Part shown: positions 9,366 to 19,298 of the stretch, one piece after another
Layout: the number at the start of each line of letters is the position of its first letter
Position numbering within the stretch: position 1 is the first letter of the stretch
DNA from: a virus
Lineage: Duplodnaviria > Caudoviricetes
Reading direction: 5' to 3' (one strand)
Length of the DNA: 64,000 bases
IMG/VR virus record: IMGVR_UViG_3300025936_000023
Span: 5,622-69,621 of that record
Position numbers and translations under genes: made by a program
The notes under the pieces: generated by a model
Seen by the model: the letters and a program-made list of their open reading frames with translations, nothing else
Databases searched by the model: none
Told to the model about the DNA's origin: nothing

Positions 9366-11044
9366 TGCCTACGCCGACGTCCACTACCGCCGCTCCGTCC
9401 TTCGTCCGCTTCGCCGGCCAAGCCGCCGTCGCCGACGTCCGCACCGCCACCTATAACGGCAGCGAAGTCGTGATCGTCCCCGTGATCGCGATGGTCGGCG
9501 ACGCCGTCGTTACTGGCATGTTGTCGGACGGCCCCGAGTTCGTCCCCGCCGACGTGCTTGCCCAGGCACCGCAGTCTCTCAGCGGTCGTCCGGTCGTCAC
9601 CTACCACCCGGTCGACCACGAAAAGCAGGTCATGGCGAACACTCCCGAGAACTGGGAGCAAATCGTCATCGGTCAGGTCTTCAACGCACGTTTCGAGAAA
9701 AATCGGCTCATGGCCGACGTCTATATCGACAAAGCCAAGGCTGCTCAAGTCGGCGACGAGGCGGTGTCGTTAGTCGATAAGGCGCTAGCGAAAGAGATGT
9801 TCGAGGTCAGCCTCGGTGCGTGGGTTTGGCAAGTGCCGGAAGACGGCGTGTCGCCGAACGGCCAGAAATACTCGTCGCGGTGGATTGGCACGATATGGGA
9901 CCACCTCGCCTGCGGGTTGTCTCGGCATGGTGGTCGAGGTGCGTGTGATATCGGCATGGGCTGCGGAGGCCCGCGCCTCATGTCGGCCGCCCAAGCGACT
10001 GCGATAAAGGAGAACTCGCCGATGCGTCTACTCGACATCTTAGCCGGCAAAGTCGGCGATCTCTCGACCCTCGCCGACGGCATGAGCGACAGCGACCTGC
10101 GCCGCAAGCTCAACCAGGCCCTCGACTCCACCATCCCCGCATTCCAAGGCGTCGCCGAGGTCTTCCCCGAGTCGTCGACCGCCATCTACATGACGTCGGC
10201 CGACGGCGGCTTGCAGTGGTGGGAGTGCGGGTTTTCAGTCGACGGCGAGAACGTGACGATTGGACGCAAGAAGCAAGTCGAGCCGGTGACGAAGTGGGAG
10301 CGGGTGGCCGCTGCCGGTGCCGACGAGACCACTACGATAACGACAACTGCTACTGCTACCGAGGCCGCGGCGAGCCAGGCACCTCCCGCGAATCAGCCGT
10401 GCCAGTGCCAGCATGCTCATAACGACAAAGGAGCCAACATGAGCAAGATCACCGAACTGGCGGGGAAGCTGATCGCTCTCGCCGCCATCCAGGCCGCCAA
10501 GAAAGGCGAAACCGCTGTCGCGGTCTACGCCGAGGCCGACCGGCCGAAGCTCGAAGCGCTCAGCGAGGCGCAACTGACCGCCACCATCGCCGCGTTCGAG
10601 AAGCCGGAGCCGGCACCCGCGCCCGAGCCCAAGCCCGAGACGCCAGCACCGACTCCCGAGCCGGCTCCGACGCCTAAGTCGCCTGCCGACGCAGTCGTCC
10701 TGACCGCCGCCGAGCACAAGCGCCTGGTCTCGATGGCGGCTCGCGAGGAGACCCGCGAGAAGGCTCGCCGCACGCAGCTCATCACCGCTCTCACCGCTGA
10801 CGAGCGCGCCAAGGTGGTGTTCACCGAGGCACAGCTGGCCGCCAAGCCGACCGACGAGCTGGAGCAGTTGGCCGTCTTTGCCGGCCTCAGCGACGGCATC
10901 GACGCCGAGCCGGTCAGCTACGCCGGCCGTGGCGCTCTCGCCGTGGGCGCTCTTACCACCGACACCGAGACTCACCAGGCACCGCCCGACCCGTGGAAGG
11001 TGCCGGCGCTTGCCAAGGCTCTCGGCTACCGGACCGCTCAGTAG
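9365..11044 (+). CDS. Capsid maturation protease / scaffold (DUF2213-like)
   Basis: LSGRPVVTYHP, EVSLG, DHLA protease motifs; Pro/Glu-rich helical scaffold-like C-terminus; position before capsid. Confidence 0.8.
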   Translation: MPTPTSTTAAPSFVRFAGQAAVADVRTATYNGSEVVIVPVIAMVGDAVVTGMLSDGPEFVPADVLAQAPQSLSGRPVVTYHPVDHEKQVMANTPENWEQIVIGQVFNARFEKNRLMADVYIDKAKAAQVGDEAVSLVDKALAKEMFEVSLGAWVWQVPEDGVSPNGQKYSSRWIGTIWDHLACGLSRHGGRGACDIGMGCGGPRLMSAAQATAIKENSPMRLLDILAGKVGDLSTLADGMSDSDLRRKLNQALDSTIPAFQGVAEVFPESSTAIYMTSADGGLQWWECGFSVDGENVTIGRKKQVEPVTKWERVAAAGADETTTITTTATATEAAASQAPPANQPCQCQHAHNDKGANMSKITELAGKLIALAAIQAAKKGETAVAVYAEADRPKLEALSEAQLTATIAAFEKPEPAPAPEPKPETPAPTPEPAPTPKSPADAVVLTAAEHKRLVSMAAREETREKARRTQLITALTADERAKVVFTEAQLAAKPTDELEQLAVFAGLSDGIDAEPVSYAGRGALAVGALTTDTETHQAPPDPWKVPALAKALGYRTAQ

Positions 11045-11080
11045 GCCGCCTACCGCGACTACGATAAAGGAGAACAACGA

Positions 11081-11554
11081 ATGGCACTCGATCTCAGCCC
11101 GCGTAATCCGCGGACCGTCTACCTCGGGGGCGGCGACGGCCCCGGCGGCCGTGGCGGCTACGTCCCCATCGACGACAAGGTCGTCGACGGCGCTAACGCC
11201 CTCCCTGGCATGCTCGTCGAGACCTTCAACGACACCGGCAACGTGGGCAAGTGGCGCGTCCACTCCACTTCCGCCGGCCGCGCTGCCCCGGCCTTCCTGC
11301 TCGACCGCCCCTACCACAACCAGGGCATCGACGACGCCTATGTCGACGGCGAACTCGCCCTCGTCGGCCACATGCACAAGGGCTCCATCGTCTACGCGCT
11401 CGTGCCGTCCGGCGCCAACATCGTCTACGGTGACTGGCTGGAGTCCAACGGCGACGGCTACCTCAAGGAAGGCAACACCCAGCCCATCGCTCGCGCCGCG
11501 CAGACCATCGGCGCTGTAACCGCCGCAACCCGCATCCGCGCGGAGGTGATCTAG
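11081..11554 (+). CDS. Head decoration / minor capsid protein
   Basis: Between scaffold and capsid; strong RBS; size and ALPGMLVE motif. Confidence 0.65.
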   Translation: MALDLSPRNPRTVYLGGGDGPGGRGGYVPIDDKVVDGANALPGMLVETFNDTGNVGKWRVHSTSAGRAAPAFLLDRPYHNQGIDDAYVDGELALVGHMHKGSIVYALVPSGANIVYGDWLESNGDGYLKEGNTQPIARAAQTIGAVTAATRIRAEVI

Positions 11555-11556
11555 TC

Positions 11557-12600
11557 ATGGCCGCCAACATCGCCACCTTCAAGCCCAAGGGCGGGTTTGG
11601 CCGCCGCGACCACTTCGGCCTCAAGGCCCTCGCCGGCCTGGCTGCCGCCAACGACGACAACCCCGTCATGACTCTCCGCTCCTACTCGCCGCTTCCCCGC
11701 GACGCGCAGGAGATCATCGACAACGAGATCCTGAAGGTCGGCCGTGACGAACTCGTCATTGCCGCGACCCTTCTCGACTCGGTGAGCAAGCCGCTGCCCA
11801 ACTGGCTCTCGCTCACGACCGTCACGTCGCAGCGCGCGGGGGAGGCTGGCCGCGCTCAGGTCGGCATGGTGCCGAACACTCGCGGCGAGCGCCAGATCCC
11901 CGACCTGGCCGAGTACAGCGTCCCGGTGTTCTCGATCTGGGACGACTACGAGTTCGACATCAAGACGATCAACACCGCCCAGCGTGTCGGCTATGCCCTC
12001 GACACGACTTCCGCCGAGCAGGCCACCCGCAACGTCAACGAGAAGATCGAAGACGTCATGCTCAACGGCCTCGTCGACGCCAACGGCGATCCCATCCTTG
12101 TCTACGGCCTCCCCGTCTATGGCTTGCTCAACGCCCCCAACGCCTCGACGTACCCCTTCGAGACCAACACGAAGTGGGACGACGCGGCCAAGACGGGCAG
12201 CGACATCCTCACCGACGTCATCGGCATGCTGAAGCTCGGCAAGGCGGCCCACCAGACCGGCCCGTGGACGTTCTTCATCCCCACTTCCTACGGTTTCGCA
12301 CTGTCGAAGCAGTTCACGGCCGGCTACCCTGCGACCATCCTCAGCATGCTGCTGCAGATCCCCAACGTCGCCGGCTTCGTGGTCGCTGATTCCCTCCCCG
12401 ACGACACCGTCGTGATGTTCAACAAGAAGACGAACAGCATGGACGTGCTGGTCGGCATGCTGCCCACCTCGTTCTCGTGGGCGACCAACCCGCAGATGCC
12501 GTTCAGCGGTGTCAGCAGCATGGTCGCGGCGGTCGTCATCCCGCGGCCGAAGTACAGCTACAACAACGAGACCGGCATCGTCGTGGGCACGCCGACGTAG
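11557..12600 (+). CDS. Major capsid protein (HK97 fold, Linocin M18/encapsulin-like)
   Basis: 347 aa; SVPVFSIWDDYEFDIK, EDVMLNG...VYGLLNAPN; position and very high codon bias. Confidence 0.85.
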   Translation: MAANIATFKPKGGFGRRDHFGLKALAGLAAANDDNPVMTLRSYSPLPRDAQEIIDNEILKVGRDELVIAATLLDSVSKPLPNWLSLTTVTSQRAGEAGRAQVGMVPNTRGERQIPDLAEYSVPVFSIWDDYEFDIKTINTAQRVGYALDTTSAEQATRNVNEKIEDVMLNGLVDANGDPILVYGLPVYGLLNAPNASTYPFETNTKWDDAAKTGSDILTDVIGMLKLGKAAHQTGPWTFFIPTSYGFALSKQFTAGYPATILSMLLQIPNVAGFVVADSLPDDTVVMFNKKTNSMDVLVGMLPTSFSWATNPQMPFSGVSSMVAAVVIPRPKYSYNNETGIVVGTPT

Positions 12601-12650
12601 GCGACGCTGACGACGCCGACCACTGAATCACCGACATAGGCAGTCATCAC

Positions 12651-12962
12651 ATGCACGTCAAAGCATTCAAAGGCAGCACCGAATCCACCCTCCCCTGCAC
12701 CCACGTCGTCAGGTCGGACCTCCCAGAGCACAAGCCCGTCGACGCCGCCCCTACCGGCATCAGGGTCAAGCTCTGTGGAGGTCCACCTGACGCTCCCGCT
12801 CACATCGATCTTCCCGCCGACGCCGACATCGTCTACGTCCTCGCCGATACAACCGGCAACGCGATGTCGGTGTATAGGTGGCCGCTGCGACCACGCGCCG
12901 ACCGCGATGATCGGCCGCAGTCACCAGCCAACCGGCAAGTCGTTACAGGAGTCTCACCATGA
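12651..12962 (+). CDS. Hypothetical protein
   Basis: Coupled ATGA to the next gene. Confidence 0.5.
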   Translation: MHVKAFKGSTESTLPCTHVVRSDLPEHKPVDAAPTGIRVKLCGGPPDAPAHIDLPADADIVYVLADTTGNAMSVYRWPLRPRADRDDRPQSPANRQVVTGVSP

Positions 12963-13510
12963 GCACCGCTACCAAGCCCTACGTTCTCGGTCCCGGCGGT
13001 AAGTTCGGCCGCTACGAGGACGGCAACTACAAGGTGTATGCCACCGGCGACACCGTCTACCTCACTGACGAGCAGGCGACTGGCCGCGCTCTCAAGGGCC
13101 GGCTGACTCCCGCTGGTGCAGTGCGTCTGGCGAAGGCGGTCGAAGCCGCCAACGCCAATCCGGCCGTCGCAGAAGCAGCCGCTGACGCTCCATCGCCGAC
13201 CACCACCGCCGCCCGCGCTCGCAACTGGGCCTTCCTCTCCACCACCGACCACACCACCATCGCCGAGATCATTGAGACGATGGACGACCCGGCCGAGCTG
13301 GACGCCTTGAAGGCCGCCGAGTTCGCCACCGACGGCAAGAAGCGCACGAGCGTGCGCAACGCCGTCGCCAAGCGCAAGCGGCAGCTGGGTGCCGAGCGGG
13401 CACAGAAGGCGCGGCGAGAGAAAGCAGCCGAGCGCAAGGCAGCGGCGGCTAGTGGCGAAGGCGAGGACGCAGAAAACGGCGGCGGTGCCGCCGCTGCCGA
13501 CAAGGAGTAG
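12959..13510 (+). CDS. Head-associated hypothetical protein
   Basis: Post-capsid position; Ala/Lys-rich helical C-terminus. Confidence 0.65.
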   Translation: MSTATKPYVLGPGGKFGRYEDGNYKVYATGDTVYLTDEQATGRALKGRLTPAGAVRLAKAVEAANANPAVAEAAADAPSPTTTAARARNWAFLSTTDHTTIAEIIETMDDPAELDALKAAEFATDGKKRTSVRNAVAKRKRQLGAERAQKARREKAAERKAAAASGEGEDAENGGGAAAADKE

Positions 13511-13536
13511 TCGTTGCCGGTCGAACTACCTGGTAC

Positions 13537-13983
13537 TCACTGTCCATAGACTTGAAGTCGAAGACGGTCAATCGCCATTAGGGCTTCTTCCCTAGTCGCG
13601 TAGCAGCCAAGAGGTATTTCAACCTTTCTGATGTGCAGACGAGCCCTCCATCTGCCGTTCGGCAACAGCGATGCACCCTTTCCGGTGCCTCGTCGTTTGC
13701 GAGCCATGTCGCTGCGATTGTCTTGGTCTGTGCCGGCCTTCAGATGTTCTGGTTCGCAGCACGCCGGTTTATCGCAGCTATGAAGGACCTGCGGTCTGTC
13801 TTTTGTGATGGTGCGGCCAGAAAGCTCGTAAGCGATCCGATGAGCATAGAATGTCTTACCTCCGACCACAAAAGATCCGTAGCCTGCTGTAGTTCTCGCG
13901 CCCATGAACAACAGGCAGCCATCGTCGTCGCGCTCCAGTCTTGAACGGAACCTTTCGATGTCTTGCTGGCTTAGTGGTATCAT
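13537..13983 (-). CDS. Free-standing HNH homing endonuclease with AP2-like tail
   Basis: GCLLFMG...GYGSF...AHRIAY...VLHSCDKPACCEPEHL...DN; antisense; visibly more AT-rich. Confidence 0.9.
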   Translation of the reverse strand: MIPLSQQDIERFRSRLERDDDGCLLFMGARTTAGYGSFVVGGKTFYAHRIAYELSGRTITKDRPQVLHSCDKPACCEPEHLKAGTDQDNRSDMARKRRGTGKGASLLPNGRWRARLHIRKVEIPLGCYATREEALMAIDRLRLQVYGQ

Positions 13984-13990
13984 GAACACG

Positions 13991-14019
13991 ACCCTACAGC
14001 CAAGGAAGCAGATTGTCAA
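13991..14019 (-). promoter_or_regulatory. Promoter of the HNH gene (leaderless geometry)
   Basis: TTGACA (14019-14014), 17 nt, TAGGGT (13996-13991), 7 nt, ATG. Confidence 0.65.
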
Positions 14020-14375
14020 TCAGTTACGATTCCACGTTGCCTTCTGACCGCGACTGGTGTCGGCTGCTGTGCCGCGACACGGACGTCGCCAAGGCCATGT
14101 TCGACGACGACGAGATCGACGCTGTCCTCGCCACGCGCGCGGCCGGCCCGGCTCGCAAGTACCTCACCGCCGCCGATCTCCTCGACATACTCCATGTCGC
14201 CTACATGACCAAGGGCAAGGGTGTCGCCAGCAAGAAGGTCAGCCGTCTCACCGTCGTCTACGGCACTGGCAGCGGCATCAACATCGACATCGCGCTGCAA
14301 ACCGCAATCTCCAAGTACCGTAAGCGCGGCGCCCAACTGCTCCAGCCGGCTCCGTTCGCTATTCGCGCCCTATAG
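14013..14375 (+). CDS. Head-tail connector/adaptor
   Basis: DRDWCRLLCRDTD...FDDDEIDAVL pattern typical of gp15-like adaptors; TTG start. Confidence 0.7.
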   Translation: MSISYDSTLPSDRDWCRLLCRDTDVAKAMFDDDEIDAVLATRAAGPARKYLTAADLLDILHVAYMTKGKGVASKKVSRLTVVYGTGSGINIDIALQTAISKYRKRGAQLLQPAPFAIRAL

Positions 14376-14388
14376 GAGGCCTTCGCCC

Positions 14389-14790
14389 ATGAAGCGGATC
14401 CTGCTCTCTGTCGTTGCCGGCTTGGCGCTCTCGCTGCTGGCGTTGTCGTCGCCGGCCGCCGCTGCCAGCAACATCCGCACGACCAAGCTGGCCGCCGGCA
14501 CTAGCGACTCAGCCATCATCGCCGCCAATCCTGCCGGCACCGCCACGCTCCTCGAATTCTGCGGCTTCTCGGCACGCGAGACCGGCGGGGCTTCCACCGC
14601 CACCATCGACGTCTACAACGGTAGCAGCGCGAGCGGTCAGCTCATATTCACTTTCTCCCTTGTCGGCGCCGAGAGCCGTAGCGAAGGTCCGTGGGAAGAT
14701 GCCGCGTGTATCCCTGCCCCCAACGGCATCTTCATCGACCGCGGCGGCGCGGGCACTACACTGCTCCTCGTTTATAGTCGGCAGCGGTGA
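14389..14790 (+). CDS. Signal-peptide-bearing small beta-rich protein
   Basis: AGGAGG RBS; MKRILLSVVAGLALSLLALSSPAAA|AS. Confidence 0.75.
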   Translation: MKRILLSVVAGLALSLLALSSPAAAASNIRTTKLAAGTSDSAIIAANPAGTATLLEFCGFSARETGGASTATIDVYNGSSASGQLIFTFSLVGAESRSEGPWEDAACIPAPNGIFIDRGGAGTTLLLVYSRQR

Positions 14791-14815
14791 GCGGTAGCGA
14801 TAAAGGACAGCAACC

Positions 14816-16636
14816 ATGAGAAGGCTGAATACTCTTCTTGTCCTCTTGTCGCTGCTTGTCGTGCCGGCGACTGTCCAGGGCGGCAGCTCGGGCGGCACAA
14901 CTACCGGCGGTGGCGGCGCCGGTACAGTCACCAGCGTCAACGCCAGCGGACCTTCTGTCTTCACTTGGTCTGGTGGGCCGATCACCGACACTGGCACGCT
15001 CACCGCCGCGCTCAACACGCAGGCGGCCAACCTCTGCCTTGCCGGCCCTGCGACAGGCTCGGCCGCGGTGCCGACGTTTCGTGCGTTGGTCGACGCCGAC
15101 GTCCCCAACACGATCACTATCGACCTTGCCACTGCCTGCACAGCCCTCGCTGCCAACCCCGCCAACTGCTCGGCCGGCCAGATTCCGCTGGGCATCACCG
15201 CGAGCGGCACCGCCGAGGGCTGCTACACCCCGACGAGCACTACCGTGGGACTCTCCAATGTCACCAACGACGCGCAGACCAGGGCGGCCATTGTCCCCAA
15301 CACCATACCCTCGGCGGGGCAGATTCAGATCGGCAACGCCGGCGGCACGGCCTACGCCCCGCAGACCTTGAGCGGCGACTGCACGGTTACGAGTGCTGGC
15401 GTGATCACTTGCTTCGGTTCGTCGCCCGCCACGGTTGCCAAGGGCGGCACCGGCGCCACGACCTTCACGAATCACGGCGTCCTCTTCGGCCAGGGCGGCA
15501 GCGCAATTGCCGCGAGTGCGGCCGGCACCGCGGGCTACCCGCTCACCAGCGGCGGCGCCTCAGCCGATCCGAGCTTCGCCCAGCTCGTCCCCGCCGCACT
15601 AGACTTCTCGGCCGACAACACGACGGCCAACGCGACCACCGGACACCACGGGCTGCTGCCGAAGCTAAGTGGCAACGCGAGCGAATTCCTTAATGGTGTC
15701 GGTGCATTCGCGACCCCCGGAGCGCCAGCGCCGCCGGGTTCCACAACGCAGGTCATCTTCAACGACGCCGGAGTGTTTGGCGCCGACTCTCAGCTCACGT
15801 TCAACAAGACCTCCGGCCTCACCACCATCACTTCCGGCGGCCACGCGGGCGCGGCAGCCTTTAAGGTTCTTCCCGATAGCGGAACGTCGTACACCCAAAT
15901 TAACGACAACGGGACAATGGTTGTCAACGCCGATGTTGCCGGTACTCCAATTCTCGATCTCCAATACAGCGGCTCGTCGAAGTACCAATTCGGCTACAAC
16001 CTCGGCACCATTACCAACCCGCTCAGTCTTGGCGGCGGTGCTCTCTATGTGTCGAACGGCGGCGTTATTGGCGTTGGCTCGGCTATCCCGCTCACCTTTT
16101 CTAGCACCTCAAGCGGGAATGGGGCGGCGGACGGGTCCGTGTCTCGCATCGCTGCCGGTGTTGCCGGCTTCGGCACCGGAGCTGCCGGCTCACGCGCGGG
16201 CTGGATGCAGTGGGCCGGCGAGTGCTTCGTCGCTTCCGATCAGACGAACGCCACCACGACGATGGCCTCGTCGACCTGCTCAATCACCGTCACCAGCGGC
16301 CGCAAATACAGCTTCGTTTGCGAGCTGTTTATGTCGGATTCGGTTGCGGCCGATGGCGCCAAGATCGACTTCAACGGCGGGACCGCGACGGCTACCAACT
16401 TCCGCGCTCAGGTGACGGCGTTCGACACGGCGCTGAATCTATCGTCGCAGGTGACGGCGCTCGCTACTGCGTCGTCAGCCACTACATTTACTGGCGCCGG
16501 GGCCTTCGAGGTCCACGGGGCGTTCGAGCCTTCGGCGAACGGAACCTTCATTCCGGAGTTCGCACAAGTCGGGCATACTACCGGGACACTGACGCTGAAC
16601 CGCGGCAGCAATTGCCGTATGTTCGATATGCCGTAG
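14816..16636 (+). CDS. Signal-peptide-bearing mosaic fibre-like protein (606 aa)
   Basis: MRRLNTLLVLLSLLVVPATVQG|G; fibre-type modules GTVTSV, PTFRAL, GLSNVTND, VAKGGTGAT, HGLLPKLSG; Thr/Ser/Gly-rich; paired Cys. Confidence 0.8.
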   Translation: MRRLNTLLVLLSLLVVPATVQGGSSGGTTTGGGGAGTVTSVNASGPSVFTWSGGPITDTGTLTAALNTQAANLCLAGPATGSAAVPTFRALVDADVPNTITIDLATACTALAANPANCSAGQIPLGITASGTAEGCYTPTSTTVGLSNVTNDAQTRAAIVPNTIPSAGQIQIGNAGGTAYAPQTLSGDCTVTSAGVITCFGSSPATVAKGGTGATTFTNHGVLFGQGGSAIAASAAGTAGYPLTSGGASADPSFAQLVPAALDFSADNTTANATTGHHGLLPKLSGNASEFLNGVGAFATPGAPAPPGSTTQVIFNDAGVFGADSQLTFNKTSGLTTITSGGHAGAAAFKVLPDSGTSYTQINDNGTMVVNADVAGTPILDLQYSGSSKYQFGYNLGTITNPLSLGGGALYVSNGGVIGVGSAIPLTFSSTSSGNGAADGSVSRIAAGVAGFGTGAAGSRAGWMQWAGECFVASDQTNATTTMASSTCSITVTSGRKYSFVCELFMSDSVAADGAKIDFNGGTATATNFRAQVTAFDTALNLSSQVTALATASSATTFTGAGAFEVHGAFEPSANGTFIPEFAQVGHTTGTLTLNRGSNCRMFDMP

Positions 16637-16661
16637 GCCGCCACCTCAAGGAGATCTCTAA

Positions 16662-16976
16662 ATGCGCCGGATCATCGCCCGCTGCCTCTTTGCCACCGCC
16701 CTGCTACTCGCTGCCGCCGCTGGCTGGGCAACTCGCTCGGTTAGCTACGTGCTGCAGAACTGCTCGCGCGCCGACATTCGCGCGATGACCATCCGCGTCG
16801 ATCCGACAAGCGGCGACCCTGTCGAGGACGTGCAGTACCAGCTCCGCGACGCGGGCGGCACCGTCGTGAAGACGGGCGGCATCGTGCTCACGCTGACGAC
16901 GACGCAGAAGAACACGCTGCTCTCGCACATCGACACCGTCGTGCGCCCAGCGGTGGACACGGCCGAGGGCCTGTAG
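16662..16976 (+). CDS. Signal-peptide-bearing small protein
   Basis: AAGGAG RBS; MRRIIARCLFATALLLAAAAGWA|T. Confidence 0.75.
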   Translation: MRRIIARCLFATALLLAAAAGWATRSVSYVLQNCSRADIRAMTIRVDPTSGDPVEDVQYQLRDAGGTVVKTGGIVLTLTTTQKNTLLSHIDTVVRPAVDTAEGL

Positions 16977-16985
16977 GCGGCGACT

Positions 16986-17744
16986 ATGCGCGCTCGCTTA
17001 ACGGTCGCGCTGGCGCTCTTGCTCGCGTCGTGGTGGGCGTGCGCGGCGCATGCTGAGGTCCGCTTCGTGCCGCTGGCGAATGCCTCTGGCGGCAACAGGC
17101 TCTACGTGGCCGACACCGAAGCGGAGTGTCCGACGACCGGCGCGGCCAACGGCGACGTCTGCATCGCGCTCGACACCGGCAAGATCATCAAGCGTACAGC
17201 CGGCAGCAACATCGCGGCTGTCGCGTTCAGTAGCCTGACCGGCTCGCTGGCTTGCGCGCAGTTGCCGCCCTTCACCGGCAACGTGACGACGTCGGCCGGC
17301 TCGTGCTCGACCACTATCGGCAACGGCGTTGTCACCAACGCGATGCTGGCTGCGCTGTCGTACACCAAGGTCGTATTCGTCGCCACCTGCGCGGGCACAG
17401 CTACAGCCAGCAGCACGCTCTACCTGTTCCCTATCGGCCAGCTCTCCGCGCTCACCTGTACGATCACGACGCCGACGGCTGGTATCCCTATGCCGACGGC
17501 GGGGACACTCAAGAACCTGACCGTTAAGGTCGGCACCGGAGGTAAGGCTGGCGACGCGGTGACGGTCCTCAAGGGCGGGTCGGCGACTGGGATGCCGACA
17601 TGCGTGTATGGCACGGGCACAACGTGCAGCGATTTGTTGACGGCTGGCGCAGTCGTCGCTGGCGACCTCATCACCGTGAAGCTCACGACGGCCGCGAGCG
17701 ACACTACAGCCAACGTCCAGGTTACGTTCGAGCTGTGGAACTGA
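16986..17744 (+). CDS. Signal-peptide-bearing fibre-like protein (252 aa)
   Basis: MRARLTVALALLLASWWACAAHA|E; LPPFTGNVTTSAGS..TIGNGVVTNAMLA fibre repeat; paired Cys. Confidence 0.78.
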   Translation: MRARLTVALALLLASWWACAAHAEVRFVPLANASGGNRLYVADTEAECPTTGAANGDVCIALDTGKIIKRTAGSNIAAVAFSSLTGSLACAQLPPFTGNVTTSAGSCSTTIGNGVVTNAMLAALSYTKVVFVATCAGTATASSTLYLFPIGQLSALTCTITTPTAGIPMPTAGTLKNLTVKVGTGGKAGDAVTVLKGGSATGMPTCVYGTGTTCSDLLTAGAVVAGDLITVKLTTAASDTTANVQVTFELWN

Positions 17745-18103
17745 TGAGCATCGTCGACGACATCGCCGACCTTCTCGACGCCGATCTCTACGCACAGTTC
17801 GGCGCCCTCGACTACACCGGCTCATTCGTCCCCTCCGGTGCCCTTCTCGGCCCACTCCCGTGTCGTATCGAGGGCGAGCAGCGCCTGGTCCGCGACCCCA
17901 CCGGCCAGGAAGTCACGACGAGCGTGCAGGTCATAGTCGGCGGCTACTTCGACCTCACGACCGACCACCATCGGTACTTCTTGCCGTCGCAGTGGTCGCC
18001 TAACGGGAGCGAGGGAGCGGGTGAAGGGCTGCGAGCGCTCTATGTCGACAACGTGAATGACGAAGCCGTCGGGCCGCTTTATCAGGAGCTGAGTTTTCCG
18101 TGA
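17744..18103 (+). CDS. Head closure/stopper protein
   Basis: PCRIEGEQRLVRDPTGQEVTTSVQV motif; TGATG coupling. Confidence 0.7.
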   Translation: MSIVDDIADLLDADLYAQFGALDYTGSFVPSGALLGPLPCRIEGEQRLVRDPTGQEVTTSVQVIVGGYFDLTTDHHRYFLPSQWSPNGSEGAGEGLRALYVDNVNDEAVGPLYQELSFP

Positions 18104-18146
18104 CTAGTCAATCATTCACACATCAGCCACTGAGGGAGAGCGCTCT

Positions 18147-19298
18147 ATGTCGTCGCCTCCATTCCGCATCCCCGTCTCGCAGCCCAAGATCGGCAACCTA
18201 GAACTCGGCCTGGTTGCCGACTGTCTGCGCCGCAACCAGCTCAGCCAAGGGCCAATGGTCGCTCGCTTCGAGCAGGAGTTTGCGGCCTACGTTGGCGCCC
18301 GCTACGCCGTCGCGACCAGCAGCGGCACGACCGCGCTTCATCTAGCCCTCGCCGCTCTGGGCATCGGCCCCGGCGACGAGGTGCTGGTGCCGGACCTGAC
18401 CTTCATCGCCACCGCGAACGCCGTCGTCTACTGCGGTGCGACGCCGGTCCTCGTCGACGCTGACCCGGCGACATGGTGCATGGGGCCGTCGCAGATCGCC
18501 GCCAAGCTAAGCTATCGAAGCCGCGCGATCATCCCTGTCCACCTCTACGGCGTTCAGTGTGATTACAGCACCTCGCGCGGACTGTTTGTCGTCGAGGACG
18601 CCTGTGAAGGACTTGGTGGCCGCTACATCACGAGCGGTCGCGCTCTCGGCACGGTCGGCGATTGCGGCGTGTTCAGCTTCTACGCCAACAAGGTAATCGG
18701 TGTCGGCGAAGGCGGCATGGTCGTAACCGACAACGAGCAGTTCGCCGAGCGCTTGAGGCTCTATCGCGGCCAGGGCTGGCACCCAAGCGACGCCCGCTAC
18801 TACCACTCCGTCGTCGGCTTCAACTACCGCATGACCGAGCTGCAAGCGGCAGTCGGGGTCGGCCAGTTGCAGCGGCTGCTGTCCATGTTGGCTGCTCGTC
18901 GTGCGATCTTCGACCGCTACGCGCACCACCTCGACGGCTACTTGCCGTCGCCGCCGTGCAGCACCGACGTCGGTAGCGCGCCGTGGCAGTACACGACGAT
19001 GCTGCCGCCGGGTGTCAGTCGCGATGGCTTAGCCGACGCTCTGGCCGCTGCTGGCATCGAGACTAGGCCGGTGTTCGTGCCGCTTCACCGGCTGCCGATG
19101 TATCGAGCATCCTACGTCACCGAAGTGGGCGGCGATGGGCCGTCGCTTGCCGACGTCGACTTCCCTGCCGCTGCCGCTATCGCCGACGCCGGTATCTCGT
19201 TGCCGACCTTTGCCGACATGACGATGGCGCAGGTAGACGAGGTGGCCCAGCGTGTAGTAGACTACGTGGCGAGACAGACGACTGGAGATCGGCCATGA
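18147..19298 (+). CDS. DegT/DnrJ/EryC1/StrS PLP-dependent nucleotide-sugar aminotransferase (perosamine synthase-like)
   Basis: ATSSGTTALHLAL, VVEDAC, FSFYANK with PLP Lys, GEGGMVVT, GFNYRMTELQAAVG. Confidence 0.93.
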   Translation: MSSPPFRIPVSQPKIGNLELGLVADCLRRNQLSQGPMVARFEQEFAAYVGARYAVATSSGTTALHLALAALGIGPGDEVLVPDLTFIATANAVVYCGATPVLVDADPATWCMGPSQIAAKLSYRSRAIIPVHLYGVQCDYSTSRGLFVVEDACEGLGGRYITSGRALGTVGDCGVFSFYANKVIGVGEGGMVVTDNEQFAERLRLYRGQGWHPSDARYYHSVVGFNYRMTELQAAVGVGQLQRLLSMLAARRAIFDRYAHHLDGYLPSPPCSTDVGSAPWQYTTMLPPGVSRDGLADALAAAGIETRPVFVPLHRLPMYRASYVTEVGGDGPSLADVDFPAAAAIADAGISLPTFADMTMAQVDEVAQRVVDYVARQTTGDRP

